This document shows, one piece after another, positions 49,609 through 59,695 of a stretch of DNA of 64,000 bases (within the stretch, counting starts at the first letter, position 1; each line of letters starts with the position of its first letter). Made by a program: the position numbers and the translations under genes. The notes beneath the pieces were generated by a model, which was given only the letters and a program-made list of their open reading frames with translations, did no database searches and was not told where the DNA came from. This stretch comes from Lentimicrobium sp. (GTDB taxonomy: Bacteria > Bacteroidota > Bacteroidia > Bacteroidales > Lentimicrobiaceae): NCBI GenBank assembly GCA_035297395.1, contig DATGZB010000004.1, positions 25,009 through 89,008 on the forward strand, in the 5' to 3' direction.

Positions 49609-51495
49609 ATGAAAAATTCAATTTTTACACTCCTCTTTACTTTATTTATTGCAGGACTGGCTTATGCCGGCCAACCTGACGATAAACCTGTTATCACCCG
49701 TGAAAATGCACCTGAAAGTGCCAAATGGAGGTTAACAGATATCTATCCTGATATGAATGCATGGAATGCCGATCTTGAGAAAGCTGAATCGCTGCTTAAG
49801 GAATTGGTTTCAATGAAAGGCACACTTGGTGTTGCACCTGAAAATCTGTTGCGCTATTATATTATTGGCGATGAGTTTGGAAAAATTACAGGCAAACTTT
49901 ACTGTATGGTTTCTTTACAACGCTCACTCGACTCACGCGATCCGCAAGTAAGCGAAAACTTCCAGCGGATGCAGGCTTTCGGGCTAAGAACCGGACAAGA
50001 ACTTTCATGGACTACTCCTGAACTGGTTTCTATCCCAAAGGAGAAAGCATTTGGATGGGCTGATAAAAATATCGCATTCAAACCTTACCGCTTCAGTATG
50101 GAAAACTTGTACAGGCTTCAGGATCATGTACTTTCCACTGAACAGGAACAACTTGTATCTTACTTCTCAGGTATAGCCGAAACACCATCTTCCATTTATA
50201 CCGAAGTAGCTATTTCAGATAACAAGTATCCTGAATTTATTCGTTCCAATGGCGATACAGTTACACTTTCGCGCCCAATGCTCACCAATATACTCAGTTT
50301 CAGTACCGACAGGAATGAAAGACAGCGCGCCTACGAGACTTTCAATGCTAATTACAAAGCCAGGGAAAATACAATGGCTGCAATACTGCACAGCGTTGCT
50401 AAATCACATCAGGCTTATGCCCAGGCATATAAGTTCAACAGTACCCTTGAATCGGCGCTCAACGGACCAAATATTCCTGTAAGCGTTTATGAAAACCTTA
50501 TTAAAGTAGCACGTGAGAATCCCGACCCACTTCAGCGCTATATGAAACTACGTAAAAAAGTGCTTAAGGTTGAAGATTATGCACCCTGGGATGGTAACAT
50601 GCCGTTGGGAACATTTAACCGCACCTATACATACGATGAGGCTAAATCAATGATCTCTGAAGCGTTAAAACCACTTGGAAAAGAGTATTCTGCCGGTATA
50701 CAACAAGCATTGAATGGCGGCTGGATTGATGTCTATGAAGGAGAAGCCAAAGAAACCGGAGCTTACTCTTTGGGCGTTTATGGTGTTCATCCATATATAC
50801 TTCTTAACTACGACCAAACCACAGATGCCGTTTCAACCATGGCACACGAACTGGGACATACCATGCATTCGATGTTCTCAGCTGCAAACCAGCCTTATGA
50901 TACTTACCAGTACTCATCGTTTGTTGCCGAGGTGGCATCAAATTTCAACGAGGAACTGCTACTCGATTATATGCTTAAGAATTCAGCCGACAGGGAAGAG
51001 CGGATTGCATTGCTCGACCAGGCAATCACAAATCTGATCGGAAGCTTTTACAGGCAAAGCCAGTTTGCCGACTTTGAACTTCAGGTTTACAGGTTGGTAG
51101 AACAAGGCCAACCGGTTAATGCATCTGTATTAACAAAGATATTCCATGAACTCAACGATGCCTATTATGGTCCGACAGTTATCCAGCATCCCGACCGGGA
51201 TCTTGTGTGGGCACAGGTAATGCATTTTTACATTTATCCTTATTACGTTTATAATTATGCTACCAGCTATGCTGCGGCTTCCAGGATACATCAGCTTATT
51301 TCAACCGGCACTCCCCAGCAGCGTGAGGAAGCACTGCAGAAATATCTGAACTTACTTAAATCGGGTGGTAATAATTACCCGGTTGAACAACTTAAACTGG
51401 CCGGTGTGGATATGACTTCAATGGAGCCCACCCTGGCAGTGGTAAAGAGACTAAATGATCTGCTCGACCAACTCGAAAAAGAACTCAATGTCTGA
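49609..51495 (+). CDS. pepF: Oligoendopeptidase F (peptidase M3B) with signal peptide
   Basis: KWRLTDIYP, GWID, GAYS, HPYILLNY, HELGHTMH, AEVAS, HFY...YVYNYA. Confidence 0.9.
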   Translation: MKNSIFTLLFTLFIAGLAYAGQPDDKPVITRENAPESAKWRLTDIYPDMNAWNADLEKAESLLKELVSMKGTLGVAPENLLRYYIIGDEFGKITGKLYCMVSLQRSLDSRDPQVSENFQRMQAFGLRTGQELSWTTPELVSIPKEKAFGWADKNIAFKPYRFSMENLYRLQDHVLSTEQEQLVSYFSGIAETPSSIYTEVAISDNKYPEFIRSNGDTVTLSRPMLTNILSFSTDRNERQRAYETFNANYKARENTMAAILHSVAKSHQAYAQAYKFNSTLESALNGPNIPVSVYENLIKVARENPDPLQRYMKLRKKVLKVEDYAPWDGNMPLGTFNRTYTYDEAKSMISEALKPLGKEYSAGIQQALNGGWIDVYEGEAKETGAYSLGVYGVHPYILLNYDQTTDAVSTMAHELGHTMHSMFSAANQPYDTYQYSSFVAEVASNFNEELLLDYMLKNSADREERIALLDQAITNLIGSFYRQSQFADFELQVYRLVEQGQPVNASVLTKIFHELNDAYYGPTVIQHPDRDLVWAQVMHFYIYPYYVYNYATSYAAASRIHQLISTGTPQQREEALQKYLNLLKSGGNNYPVEQLKLAGVDMTSMEPTLAVVKRLNDLLDQLEKELNV

Positions 51496-51522
51496 TCATA
51501 CTCGTTAAACTCAAACCAACTC

Positions 51523-51559
51523 AAAAAGTCCCCGGACAGAAAGTCCCGGGGACTTTTTT
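51523..51559 (+). terminator. Intrinsic terminator (bidirectional form)
   Basis: AAAAAGTCCCCGG...CCGGGGACTTTTTT. Confidence 0.85.
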
Positions 51560-51700
51560 ATTGTTTTTTTACAAATCATAAATCTCATCTCACCGGATTA
51601 CAGAAGCAGAGGATAGTCATAGCTCTTGAGGGCTTAATGTTTGTTTAACATATGGTCTGACCATGATTAAACAATGTACTACCTCCCCAACCCAGGTTAC

Positions 51701-51744
51701 TTAATGCAGACTTAGTACAGAGTTAATACAGAGAAAATACGGAG
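51701..51744 (+). repeat. 11-mer array x4
   Basis: ttaatgcagac ttagtacagag ttaatacagag aaaatacggag. Confidence 0.65.
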
Positions 51745-51926
51745 GGATCCTGAAACTGGCTTTGAAGATTTGTTTAATCAGTCCTTCCATGCAAATGTTG
51801 AAAGGTTAAACAATATTTCAATAATGATAAGCAAGTCCGCTATCTATTTAACGGCTCTATACCGGATTCAATTACTATTTTGAATCTTCAATCCTGAAGA
51901 CAAATTTAAATAAAAAGAGTCTTAAA

Positions 51927-52652
51927 TTATCTCCTGAGTTCAAAGTTTTTCCCCAGGTAAACATCCCTTACCCGCTCATCAGCGGCAAGTTCTTCAGCAG
52001 AGCCTGAGCGCATAACTGATCCCTCGAACAGAAGATAGGCACGGTCGGTAATGCTCAAAGTTTCATGAACATTGTGGTCAGTGATAAGGATGCCAATATT
52101 CTTGTCCTTAAGTTTTGAAACAATATTCTGGATATCTTCAACTGCAATCGGATCAACGCCGGCAAAGGGTTCATCAAGAAGAATAAATTTAGGATTAACT
52201 GCAAGGGCACGGGCAATTTCAGTCCTGCGGCGTTCTCCCCCTGAAAGCTGTATACCTTTACTTTTTCTGACATTCGTTAGTCCAAATTCTTCAATGAGGC
52301 TTTCCAAGCGGTCGTATTGCTCTTTCTTACTAAAATTGGTAAACTCAAGTACTGCTTTGATATTATCTTCAACGCTCAGTTGCCTGAAGACCGATGCTTC
52401 CTGGGCAAGATAACCGATTCCCATCTGGGCCCGTTTATACATAGGCATTCTGGTAATCTCTGTATTCTCCAGGTAAACATGGCCTGATAAGGGTTTGATC
52501 AATCCGACAATCATATAGAAGGATGTTGTCTTACCCGCACCGTTAGGGCCAAGCAATCCAACGATCTCACCCTGCTCCACCTGAACGGAAACATTATTGA
52601 CCACCGTACGCTGACGATATTTCTTTACCAGGTTATCAGTTCTTAATATCAT
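51927..52652 (-). CDS. lptB: LPS export ABC transporter ATP-binding protein
   Basis: [43 protein letters not shown]. Confidence 0.96.
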   Translation of the reverse strand: MILRTDNLVKKYRQRTVVNNVSVQVEQGEIVGLLGPNGAGKTTSFYMIVGLIKPLSGHVYLENTEITRMPMYKRAQMGIGYLAQEASVFRQLSVEDNIKAVLEFTNFSKKEQYDRLESLIEEFGLTNVRKSKGIQLSGGERRRTEIARALAVNPKFILLDEPFAGVDPIAVEDIQNIVSKLKDKNIGILITDHNVHETLSITDRAYLLFEGSVMRSGSAEELAADERVRDVYLGKNFELRR

Positions 52653-52765
52653 TGGTCAGTATTGAAGTAATAATAGCGTTGATACTCTGAAAATATTTTA
52701 ACAAAATGCTTTTTATTTCCGGTTTTCACTAAAATTTTGATGTTGCAAACCTTTATCCAATAATG

Positions 52766-53116
52766 TTATTCAGTTGAAACAAGATCATCCCAGAATTCAA
52801 TAGCGCGCCTGGTGTGAGGGATCACGATTGTACCGCCAACAAGATTGGCAATGCCAATAATCTCCATAAGTTCTTCTTCGGTGACCCCCAACTCATGACA
52901 TTTAATAAGATGATACCTGATACAATCATCACAGCGAAGCACCATTGAAGAGACCAGCCCCAGCATCTCTTTTGTCCTTGAATCAAGGGCGCCATCCTCG
53001 TATGTTAAAGCATCGACACTGTAAATTCGCTTGAGTATCTTATTATTAGCAGCAGAAAGCAGACGCTTGTTCATCTTGCTGCGGTACTCATCAAATTCAT
53101 CTTTCTTTTTACCCAT
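52766..53116 (-). CDS. Carboxymuconolactone decarboxylase/AhpD family protein
   Basis: GALDSRTKEMLGL...RCDDCIRYH. Confidence 0.88.
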   Translation of the reverse strand: MGKKKDEFDEYRSKMNKRLLSAANNKILKRIYSVDALTYEDGALDSRTKEMLGLVSSMVLRCDDCIRYHLIKCHELGVTEEELMEIIGIANLVGGTIVIPHTRRAIEFWDDLVSTE

Positions 53117-53123
53117 TTTATTT

Positions 53124-53157
53124 CCTCACCCCAACCCCTCACCTCAAGGAGAGGGGC
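53124..53157 (+). repeat. BoxC-like palindromic element
   Basis: CCTCACCCCAACCCCTCACCTCAAGGAGAGGGGC: pyrimidine tail plus CCCCTC.CC/GG.GAGGGG stem. Confidence 0.55.
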
Positions 53158-53177
53158 TTTCTTAAAGGTTAAATTAT

Positions 53178-53226
53178 TTATCATTCATCCTTCATCATTC
53201 ACAACTTTAGCCCTTAGCCTTTAGCC
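53178..53226 (+). repeat. Compound heptamer array (TCATCAT-type then TTTAGCC x3)
   Basis: ttatcat tcatcct tcatcat tcacaac tttagcc cttagcc tttagcc. A similar TTAGCC run occurs at about 6104-6126. Confidence 0.75.
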
Positions 53227-53228
53227 TT

Positions 53229-54194
53229 TTAAAGAATACCTTCCTTCAGTATATCATGCAAATGAATAACTCCCATATAGTTGCCATTATCCATAACAAG
53301 CATCTGGGTGATGTTATTTTGACGCATAACATCAAGGGCATCAGCAACCAGCAGATCACAATTGACTGTGAGCGGATCCTTGGTCATAATTTCACCTGCT
53401 TTAAGGCTTTGGAAAGGAACATCCCTGTGAAGCATCCGGCGGATATCTCCATCCGTGATAATCCCAACCAATTTCTTACTGTCCAGGACAGCAGTGCAAC
53501 CCAGACGCTTGGATGAAATTTCAAGAATCACCGACTTCATATCATCACCTGCCTGCACTTCGGGTTTCTCGTTATTCTTGTATACTTCTGAAACCCTGAG
53601 GTATAACCTTTTACCAAGCGCTCCACCAGGATGGTAGCGCGCAAAATCTTCGCGGCTGAAACCCCTGCATTCAAGCAATGCGACAGCAAGAGCATCACCC
53701 ATGACGAGTTGGGCAGTTGTACTGGCTGTTGGAGCAAGGTTGTTTGGACAAGCCTCACGAACAACTGTTGTATTGAGTAAGAAATCGGCAGTCTTTGCTA
53801 GGTACGAATCAGTATTCCCGGCCATAGCAATAAGAGTATTGCCCATGGTTTTAATAAGAGGAACAAGCACCTTTATTTCAGGGGTATCACCGCTTTTTGA
53901 GAGGCAAATGACAATATCGTCCTGCCTTACCATACCCAGATCGCCATGGATGGCATCGGCTGCATGCATAAAGATAGATGGGGTGCCGGTACTGTTGAGT
54001 GTACTTACCAGCTTGGAGGCGATATTGGCACTTTTACCAATGCCGGTAACAATGATCCTTCCTTTAGACTGAAGGATCAGATCAACGCATTTCTCAAAAT
54101 CATCGGTCAGGTAATTGCTTAACTGGCTTATTGCAGTGGCTTCTTCCTTAATGGTGCGCAGAGCAATTGCCCTTATTTCATCCGCTGTCTTCAA
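53229..54194 (-). CDS. kdsD: Arabinose-5-phosphate isomerase (KpsF/GutQ family)
   Basis: GIGKS, STGTP, HGDLG, SKSG, EACPNNLAPTAST, HPGGALG and a CBS pair. Start likely TTG at 54194, downstream of TATATTTG at 54218-54225. Confidence 0.9.
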   Translation of the reverse strand: MKTADEIRAIALRTIKEEATAISQLSNYLTDDFEKCVDLILQSKGRIIVTGIGKSANIASKLVSTLNSTGTPSIFMHAADAIHGDLGMVRQDDIVICLSKSGDTPEIKVLVPLIKTMGNTLIAMAGNTDSYLAKTADFLLNTTVVREACPNNLAPTASTTAQLVMGDALAVALLECRGFSREDFARYHPGGALGKRLYLRVSEVYKNNEKPEVQAGDDMKSVILEISSKRLGCTAVLDSKKLVGIITDGDIRRMLHRDVPFQSLKAGEIMTKDPLTVNCDLLVADALDVMRQNNITQMLVMDNGNYMGVIHLHDILKEGIL

Positions 54195-54239
54195 AATGTG
54201 AAAATTAAAAAACGGTGCAAATATACCACAAAAAAAGTT

Positions 54240-54320
54240 GTTCAATATTGTTCAACATTGTTCAAGGATGTTCAAGGTTGTTCAAGGTTGTTCAATGTTG
54301 TTCAAGATTGTTCAACATTG
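54240..54320 (+). repeat. GTTCAAnnnT 10-mer array x8
   Basis: gttcaatatt gttcaacatt gttcaaggat gttcaaggtt gttcaaggtt gttcaatgtt gttcaagatt gttcaacatt. Confidence 0.95.
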
Positions 54321-54865
54321 TTTATAAGTATTAAACCCCTTTGGGGCTTCAAGCTCCCCATGGGATTTTGAATCAGTCTTGGGCATCAAAGGGTTTTGAA
54401 CCGACTTGGGGGCTTCTAGGGGTTTTGAATAAAATCAACCTGGCGGCTTGAAGCTCAAGGGTTTTTAAAAGAAAATTTAAGATTTTTTACCAAACTATTT
54501 GAATATTAATTGCGTATTACTTAAAAAAATACCAATTTTGCATTCCTTTTGCCATATTGAAGTAAATTGCATGTGTTCGGGAAACTAAAATAAGCTAATC
54601 AGGTCAGGCTTCAGGTAAAAGAAAAAAGCAATTTCTTTTTTAAATTATTTTAACCTTTTTGCCGGGGGAGAAGAGATATTGTGGTAGTAAATTCGTTTAT
54701 ATCACATTGTAACTCAAATAAAAATGTTTCAGGTGTTAAGGTTAATTGTTAAAAAAAGAATTGATTAATCGGCAGGAATAAATTATATTTGTTTAAGCAC
54801 AGTTTTAACTCAGTATATCCTTTTCTATAAGGTTAAGCTTTCGGGCTATTATAGAAAAAACTATT

Positions 54866-57064
54866 ATGAACAAAAAAGTTGAATACACTTCTTTAAACGA
54901 GCTATTAAAAAAGATCTTCGGGTTTGATTCATTCAAAGGAAACCAGGAATCTATAATACAGAGCCTACTGGATGGGAACGATACTTTTGTTATCATGCCT
55001 ACAGGCGGAGGTAAATCAATGTGTTATCAGTTACCAGCTCTTATAAGCGATGGGACTGCCATTATCATCTCTCCACTGATCGCCTTGATGAAAAACCAGG
55101 TGGATGCTATACGCAATTTTGGCGCTGAAAAGGGAATAGCCCATGTTCTGAATTCTTCACTTGGCAAAAATGAAATAGCCGAAGTAAAAAAGGATCTGAT
55201 CAGCGGCAAGACAAAACTTTTGTATGTTGCTCCTGAATCGCTTACCAAAGAAGAGAACGTTGAATTTTTCAAGGATATTAATATCTCCTTTTTCGCAATT
55301 GATGAAGCACACTGTATCTCAGAATGGGGCCATGACTTCAGGCCTGAATACCGACGCCTGAGGCCAATAATCGAATCCATTGGCAAACGTGTACCAATCA
55401 TTGCATTGACAGCTACAGCCACACCAAAGGTTCAGCAGGATATCATCAAGAACCTCAATATGATGGATGCGAAGCTGTTCATTTCTTCGTTCAACAGGCC
55501 AAATTTATATTATGAGGTACGGCCGAAAGGAGAAGAAGTAATAAAGGATATCATAAAGTATATTAAATCACAATCTGGTAAATCGGGAATCGTATATTGC
55601 CTCAGCCGGAAGAAGGTTGAAGAACTGGCCGAAACGCTTCAGGTAAACGGAATCAAAGCATTGCCATACCATGCAGGATTGGATTCACAGACAAGAGTGA
55701 TGAACCAGGATAAATTCCTGATGGAGGAAATTGATGTAATAGTTGCTACCATTGCTTTTGGGATGGGTATTGATAAACCCGATGTACGTTATGTGATCCA
55801 TCATGATATGCCTAAAAGCCTTGAGGGCTATTACCAGGAAACTGGCAGGTCAGGCAGGGATGACGGTGAGGGCAATTGTATTGCCTTTTACAGTTATGAT
55901 GATATCCAAAAACTCGAAAAATTCAATAAGAATAAACTTGTAGCCGAACAGGAAATTGCCAGTCAACTGCTGCTTGAAACAGTTGCCTATGCTGAATCCT
56001 CAGTATGCCGCCGAAAGCAGTTGCTGCACTATTTTGGCGAGATCTATCACGAAGATAATTGCGGAAGCTGCGATAATTGCCTGCATCCGAAGACTAAATT
56101 CGAAGGCAAAGAATCAGTTGAATTGGTCCTGGATGCTGTTATTGCCACCAAGCAGCAGTTCAAGGCAAAACACATCATTGATGTCCTGATTGGTAAGCAG
56201 TCAGCCAACAATAAGCAGTTCAAGCACAATCAGCTTGAAGTATTCGGCAAGGGGAGTGAGCATGATGAGAAATACTGGAATGCAGTAATCCGTCAGACAC
56301 TCATTGAGCGCCTTCTTGTCAAGGACATAGAAAACTATGGTATATTGAAGATCACGCAGGAAGGCAAGGACTTTCTCGAAGAGCCCCGGTCTATAATGCT
56401 TACACGTGATCATGATTACGAGAATGCAGAAGAGGAAGACTTTTTTGGTGGCGGCGGAGCAAAAACAAGCAGCGACAAGGCATTGTTTGCCATGCTTAAA
56501 GATCTCAGGAAGGAGATCTCAAGAAAAGAAAATCTTCCACCGTTTGTGATCTTCCAGGATCCTTCACTTGAGGATATGGCAATACAATACCCGATCACCT
56601 TCGATGAATTGAAGCAGATCACCGGTGTCGGGACAGGAAAGGCACAAAAATATGGTGAACCATTCCTGAAATTAATAAAGACATATGTGGAGGAAAATGA
56701 GATCATCAGGCCAATGGACATGGTAGTTAAGTCTGTCGTCAATAAGTCAGGACTTAAGGTCTATATCATTCAAAATATTGATAGAAAAATCTCACTTGAA
56801 GATATAGCAATGGCGAAGAACATGACCATAAGTGAGCTGTTAACGGAAGTTGAGCGCATCGTTTCTTCAGGGACAAAACTTGACCTCTCGTACTATGTGA
56901 ATGAGTATGTGGATCCTTACCATCAGGAAGAGATCTACGATTATTTCAGGGAAGCTGAAAGCGATTCCATACTGGACGCTTTAGTTGAACTTGGGGAGGA
57001 TGAGTTTACCGAAGAAGAGATACGGCTGATGCGCATCAAGTTTATGTCCGACCTTGGAAATTAA
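54866..57064 (+). CDS. recQ: ATP-dependent DNA helicase RecQ
   Basis: MPTGGGKS, DEAHCISEWGHDFRPEY, QETGRSGRDG, Zn-binding cysteines, RQC and HRDC domains. Confidence 0.97.
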   Translation: MNKKVEYTSLNELLKKIFGFDSFKGNQESIIQSLLDGNDTFVIMPTGGGKSMCYQLPALISDGTAIIISPLIALMKNQVDAIRNFGAEKGIAHVLNSSLGKNEIAEVKKDLISGKTKLLYVAPESLTKEENVEFFKDINISFFAIDEAHCISEWGHDFRPEYRRLRPIIESIGKRVPIIALTATATPKVQQDIIKNLNMMDAKLFISSFNRPNLYYEVRPKGEEVIKDIIKYIKSQSGKSGIVYCLSRKKVEELAETLQVNGIKALPYHAGLDSQTRVMNQDKFLMEEIDVIVATIAFGMGIDKPDVRYVIHHDMPKSLEGYYQETGRSGRDDGEGNCIAFYSYDDIQKLEKFNKNKLVAEQEIASQLLLETVAYAESSVCRRKQLLHYFGEIYHEDNCGSCDNCLHPKTKFEGKESVELVLDAVIATKQQFKAKHIIDVLIGKQSANNKQFKHNQLEVFGKGSEHDEKYWNAVIRQTLIERLLVKDIENYGILKITQEGKDFLEEPRSIMLTRDHDYENAEEEDFFGGGGAKTSSDKALFAMLKDLRKEISRKENLPPFVIFQDPSLEDMAIQYPITFDELKQITGVGTGKAQKYGEPFLKLIKTYVEENEIIRPMDMVVKSVVNKSGLKVYIIQNIDRKISLEDIAMAKNMTISELLTEVERIVSSGTKLDLSYYVNEYVDPYHQEEIYDYFREAESDSILDALVELGEDEFTEEEIRLMRIKFMSDLGN

Positions 57065-57069
57065 AAAGC

Positions 57070-57094
57070 AAAGGGTGGAAATCTTCCACCCTTT
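57070..57094 (+). terminator. Hairpin terminator after recQ
   Basis: AAAGGGTGGAA-atc-TTCCACCCTTT. Confidence 0.7.
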
Positions 57095-57160
57095 ATAATA
57101 ATATATCCTATATTTGTACAATTCTGATTCCTTAAGCTTAAATTACAAATTCAAGATATC

Positions 57161-57805
57161 ATGGAGGAAACACCCATAATTGAAGTAAATTCCGAAAAAC
57201 CAAGGAGGAATAACAACATTGTACTTACAGTAATAAATATTGTGTTACTGATTGGTTTGATTATCCTGTATTTCATCATACTCAAGCCAGGTGATAAATT
57301 GCCGGTGAAGGCAATTCAAAAAGCTTCAGCAGGTGGTCCTGCAATTGCCTATGTTAACACCGATACGATTTTAGCGAATTATGACCTTGTAAAACGGATG
57401 AAAGATCAATTGCAGGCCAATACCGATAAACTTGAGAGGGAACTTAAGAGCAAACAGGCTTCGTTTGAAAAAGATGCAGCATATTTCCAGGAACAGGTGA
57501 ATAAAAAGGCAATCTCGGAAGCTTCAGCCCAGGAAATTTATGCCAGCCTGATGCAGGAACAACAAAAGCTTTATGATTTAAGGGAAAAATATTCCGCTGA
57601 CCTTGCCGAACAGGAGTTTAAAATGAATCAGCTACTACTCGACAGCCTTGATAATTTTCTTGGGAGGTATAATAAAAAGATGAATTTCGATTACATCCTG
57701 TCATACAATAAGGGTGGCTCCATTCTCATTGCTAATGATACTCTTGATATTACCCGCGAAATTCTTGATTTGCTGAATGCAGAATACAAGCAGAAGAACG
57801 ATTGA
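57161..57805 (+). CDS. OmpH/Skp family protein
   Basis: N-terminal transmembrane segment, IAYVNTDTIL, coiled coil, FDYILS...LDITREIL..LN; TATATTTG at 57109. Confidence 0.85.
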   Translation: MEETPIIEVNSEKPRRNNNIVLTVINIVLLIGLIILYFIILKPGDKLPVKAIQKASAGGPAIAYVNTDTILANYDLVKRMKDQLQANTDKLERELKSKQASFEKDAAYFQEQVNKKAISEASAQEIYASLMQEQQKLYDLREKYSADLAEQEFKMNQLLLDSLDNFLGRYNKKMNFDYILSYNKGGSILIANDTLDITREILDLLNAEYKQKND

Positions 57806-57807
57806 CA

Positions 57808-58278
57808 ATGAAAAATTACCTTTTTCTTTTCATTGGCCTGATTGCTTTAATGGTTGCCTGCGATCCCCGTAGTATGGATTTTAATAAAAAAGAAATTATT
57901 GCCAGGCCGGTAATGGTGAGGCTGATGGCTGACGTGCAGATTACTGAAACTGCCCTCAGGGAAAAGCAGAGTACCCTCAAAGGTGATACACTGAAGATTA
58001 TATCAGAAAGAGCTTACGACTCACTTTATTTATTTTATAAAACAACACCACAGGCATTTCAGAACAGTTTGAAGTATTATCAGCAAGATTTAAACGATTA
58101 TCTTGAAATGACTGAAGAAATGATAACCATCCTGACTCAGAAACAGGATAGCATAAAGCTTGAGGGTGATTCAACACTGAAGACCAAGAGTGAGGACAGT
58201 ATTAAGCCTGTTATTAAAGAAAAAGAGAATAATACTTCTGGTAACAAACCTGAAATAAAAGAGGTAAAAAGGAAGTAA
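57808..58278 (+). CDS. DUF4296-like lipoprotein
   Basis: Lipobox MVAC; M..LMADV...E, F.NSLKYY. Confidence 0.7.
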   Translation: MKNYLFLFIGLIALMVACDPRSMDFNKKEIIARPVMVRLMADVQITETALREKQSTLKGDTLKIISERAYDSLYLFYKTTPQAFQNSLKYYQQDLNDYLEMTEEMITILTQKQDSIKLEGDSTLKTKSEDSIKPVIKEKENNTSGNKPEIKEVKRK

Positions 58279-58289
58279 ACTGTCTGCTG

Positions 58290-58703
58290 TTATTTTGAAG
58301 CAGTGGCTTCATAATTTTCACTGTCTCCGCCACCCTCAATAGTGTAGGTCCACGACATATTATCGGCTGATGTCAGCGATCCTTCACCTTCTACAAAGAG
58401 TCCGTCTGACATTTCCTGTGATGGAACGTAGATTGAATTTGAAGTAACTATACCATAAGCGCTGTAAGAGTTTCCCATGTTACCGAAATTTTTGAGCAAT
58501 ACCTGAGAAGAGTTTGAAGGATCATCACTGATGGTTACTGAATAACTGATGCTTCGCGCAGCGGGTGACTCAGAGAACAACCATGTGCCGTTGAATTTAT
58601 CGCGGTCGTCTCCGGTTATTGGTCCAAGATCTTCATCAAGTGTACAAGAGGCAATGTAGAGAGTCATTGCAAGCAGTGGGATTATCCGGAGTAGTGATTT
58701 CAT
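58290..58703 (-). CDS. Hypothetical lipoprotein
   Basis: MKSLLRII...IASC lipobox; DDRDKFNGTW. Confidence 0.75.
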   Translation of the reverse strand: MKSLLRIIPLLAMTLYIASCTLDEDLGPITGDDRDKFNGTWLFSESPAARSISYSVTISDDPSNSSQVLLKNFGNMGNSYSAYGIVTSNSIYVPSQEMSDGLFVEGEGSLTSADNMSWTYTIEGGGDSENYEATASK

Positions 58704-58807
58704 GTTGTCTTGAGTTTTAATTATTATCTGACAGATAAAGCGCAAAAAGTGTACCACTTCTTTTTAAGTTTATTTCTATGAAGATAATCATTTGCCTGAT
58801 CTAATTT

Positions 58808-59656
58808 TTATTCTTCCTCAGAACTATCATTCAGAGTTGACATGAGATTGTTTGCCAGACGGCTTGCACCGATCCTGAATAACCTGGGAGTCAGCCATTC
58901 TTGTCCGTTAATGCCTTCAACCAGTTGTATATATTCAGCTGCCTGTACCGGAGTCGCGATGCCACCTGCAGCCTTAAACCCTGTTTGCTTACCCGTTTTA
59001 TTATAATAGTCGCGTATGGCTGTCAGCATTACATAAGCTGCTTCAGTTGTAGCCGAAACAGGAATCTTGCCGGTTGATGTCTTGATAAAATCGGCTCCTG
59101 CTTCCATGGCAAGCATGGATGCTTTATAAATCAAATTTGGCAATATGAGTTCTCCCGTTTCGAGGATCACCTTAAGATGCGCATTACGACAAGTTTCCTT
59201 AATTGTCCTAATCTCTTCGGCAACTTCTTCATACTTTCCCGAAAGGAACTTTCCACGCGAGATTACCATATCAATTTCATCAGCGCCCTGCTCAATGGCA
59301 TACTGAACTTCGCTAACTTTTATTCGTAAAGGCGACTGTCCTGAAGGAAAGGCACCCGCGACACTGGCTACATTCACTGAAGTACCCTGAAGAAGTTCTT
59401 TAGCCTGCTTTATAAAAACCGGATACACGCAAACAGCAGCAACGTTTGGCATGTTCATGGCTGAAAAGCCTTTAGCCTTTTCACAAAGGGCGTTAATGGT
59501 TTCCTCATTATCATTACCTTCAAGTGTCGTGAGATCAAGGATGCTAAGCGCAAAACGCATCATCGACCTGTTGGATAGGAAAGTTTTGGAAGGCAGGGTT
59601 AAATTTTCAGCTATTGCTGCTTTAATTGAATCGCTGGTTAAATTTTCATTTTTCAT
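58808..59656 (-). CDS. deoC: Deoxyribose-phosphate aldolase
   Basis: LDLTTL, AVCVYP, GADEIDMV, LKVILETGEL, FIKTSTGK, FKAAGG, RIGAS. Confidence 0.96.
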   Translation of the reverse strand: MKNENLTSDSIKAAIAENLTLPSKTFLSNRSMMRFALSILDLTTLEGNDNEETINALCEKAKGFSAMNMPNVAAVCVYPVFIKQAKELLQGTSVNVASVAGAFPSGQSPLRIKVSEVQYAIEQGADEIDMVISRGKFLSGKYEEVAEEIRTIKETCRNAHLKVILETGELILPNLIYKASMLAMEAGADFIKTSTGKIPVSATTEAAYVMLTAIRDYYNKTGKQTGFKAAGGIATPVQAAEYIQLVEGINGQEWLTPRLFRIGASRLANNLMSTLNDSSEEE

Positions 59657-59695
59657 AACTGAAAAAGTATTTATTGCTGGTTTGCATTTACTCTT

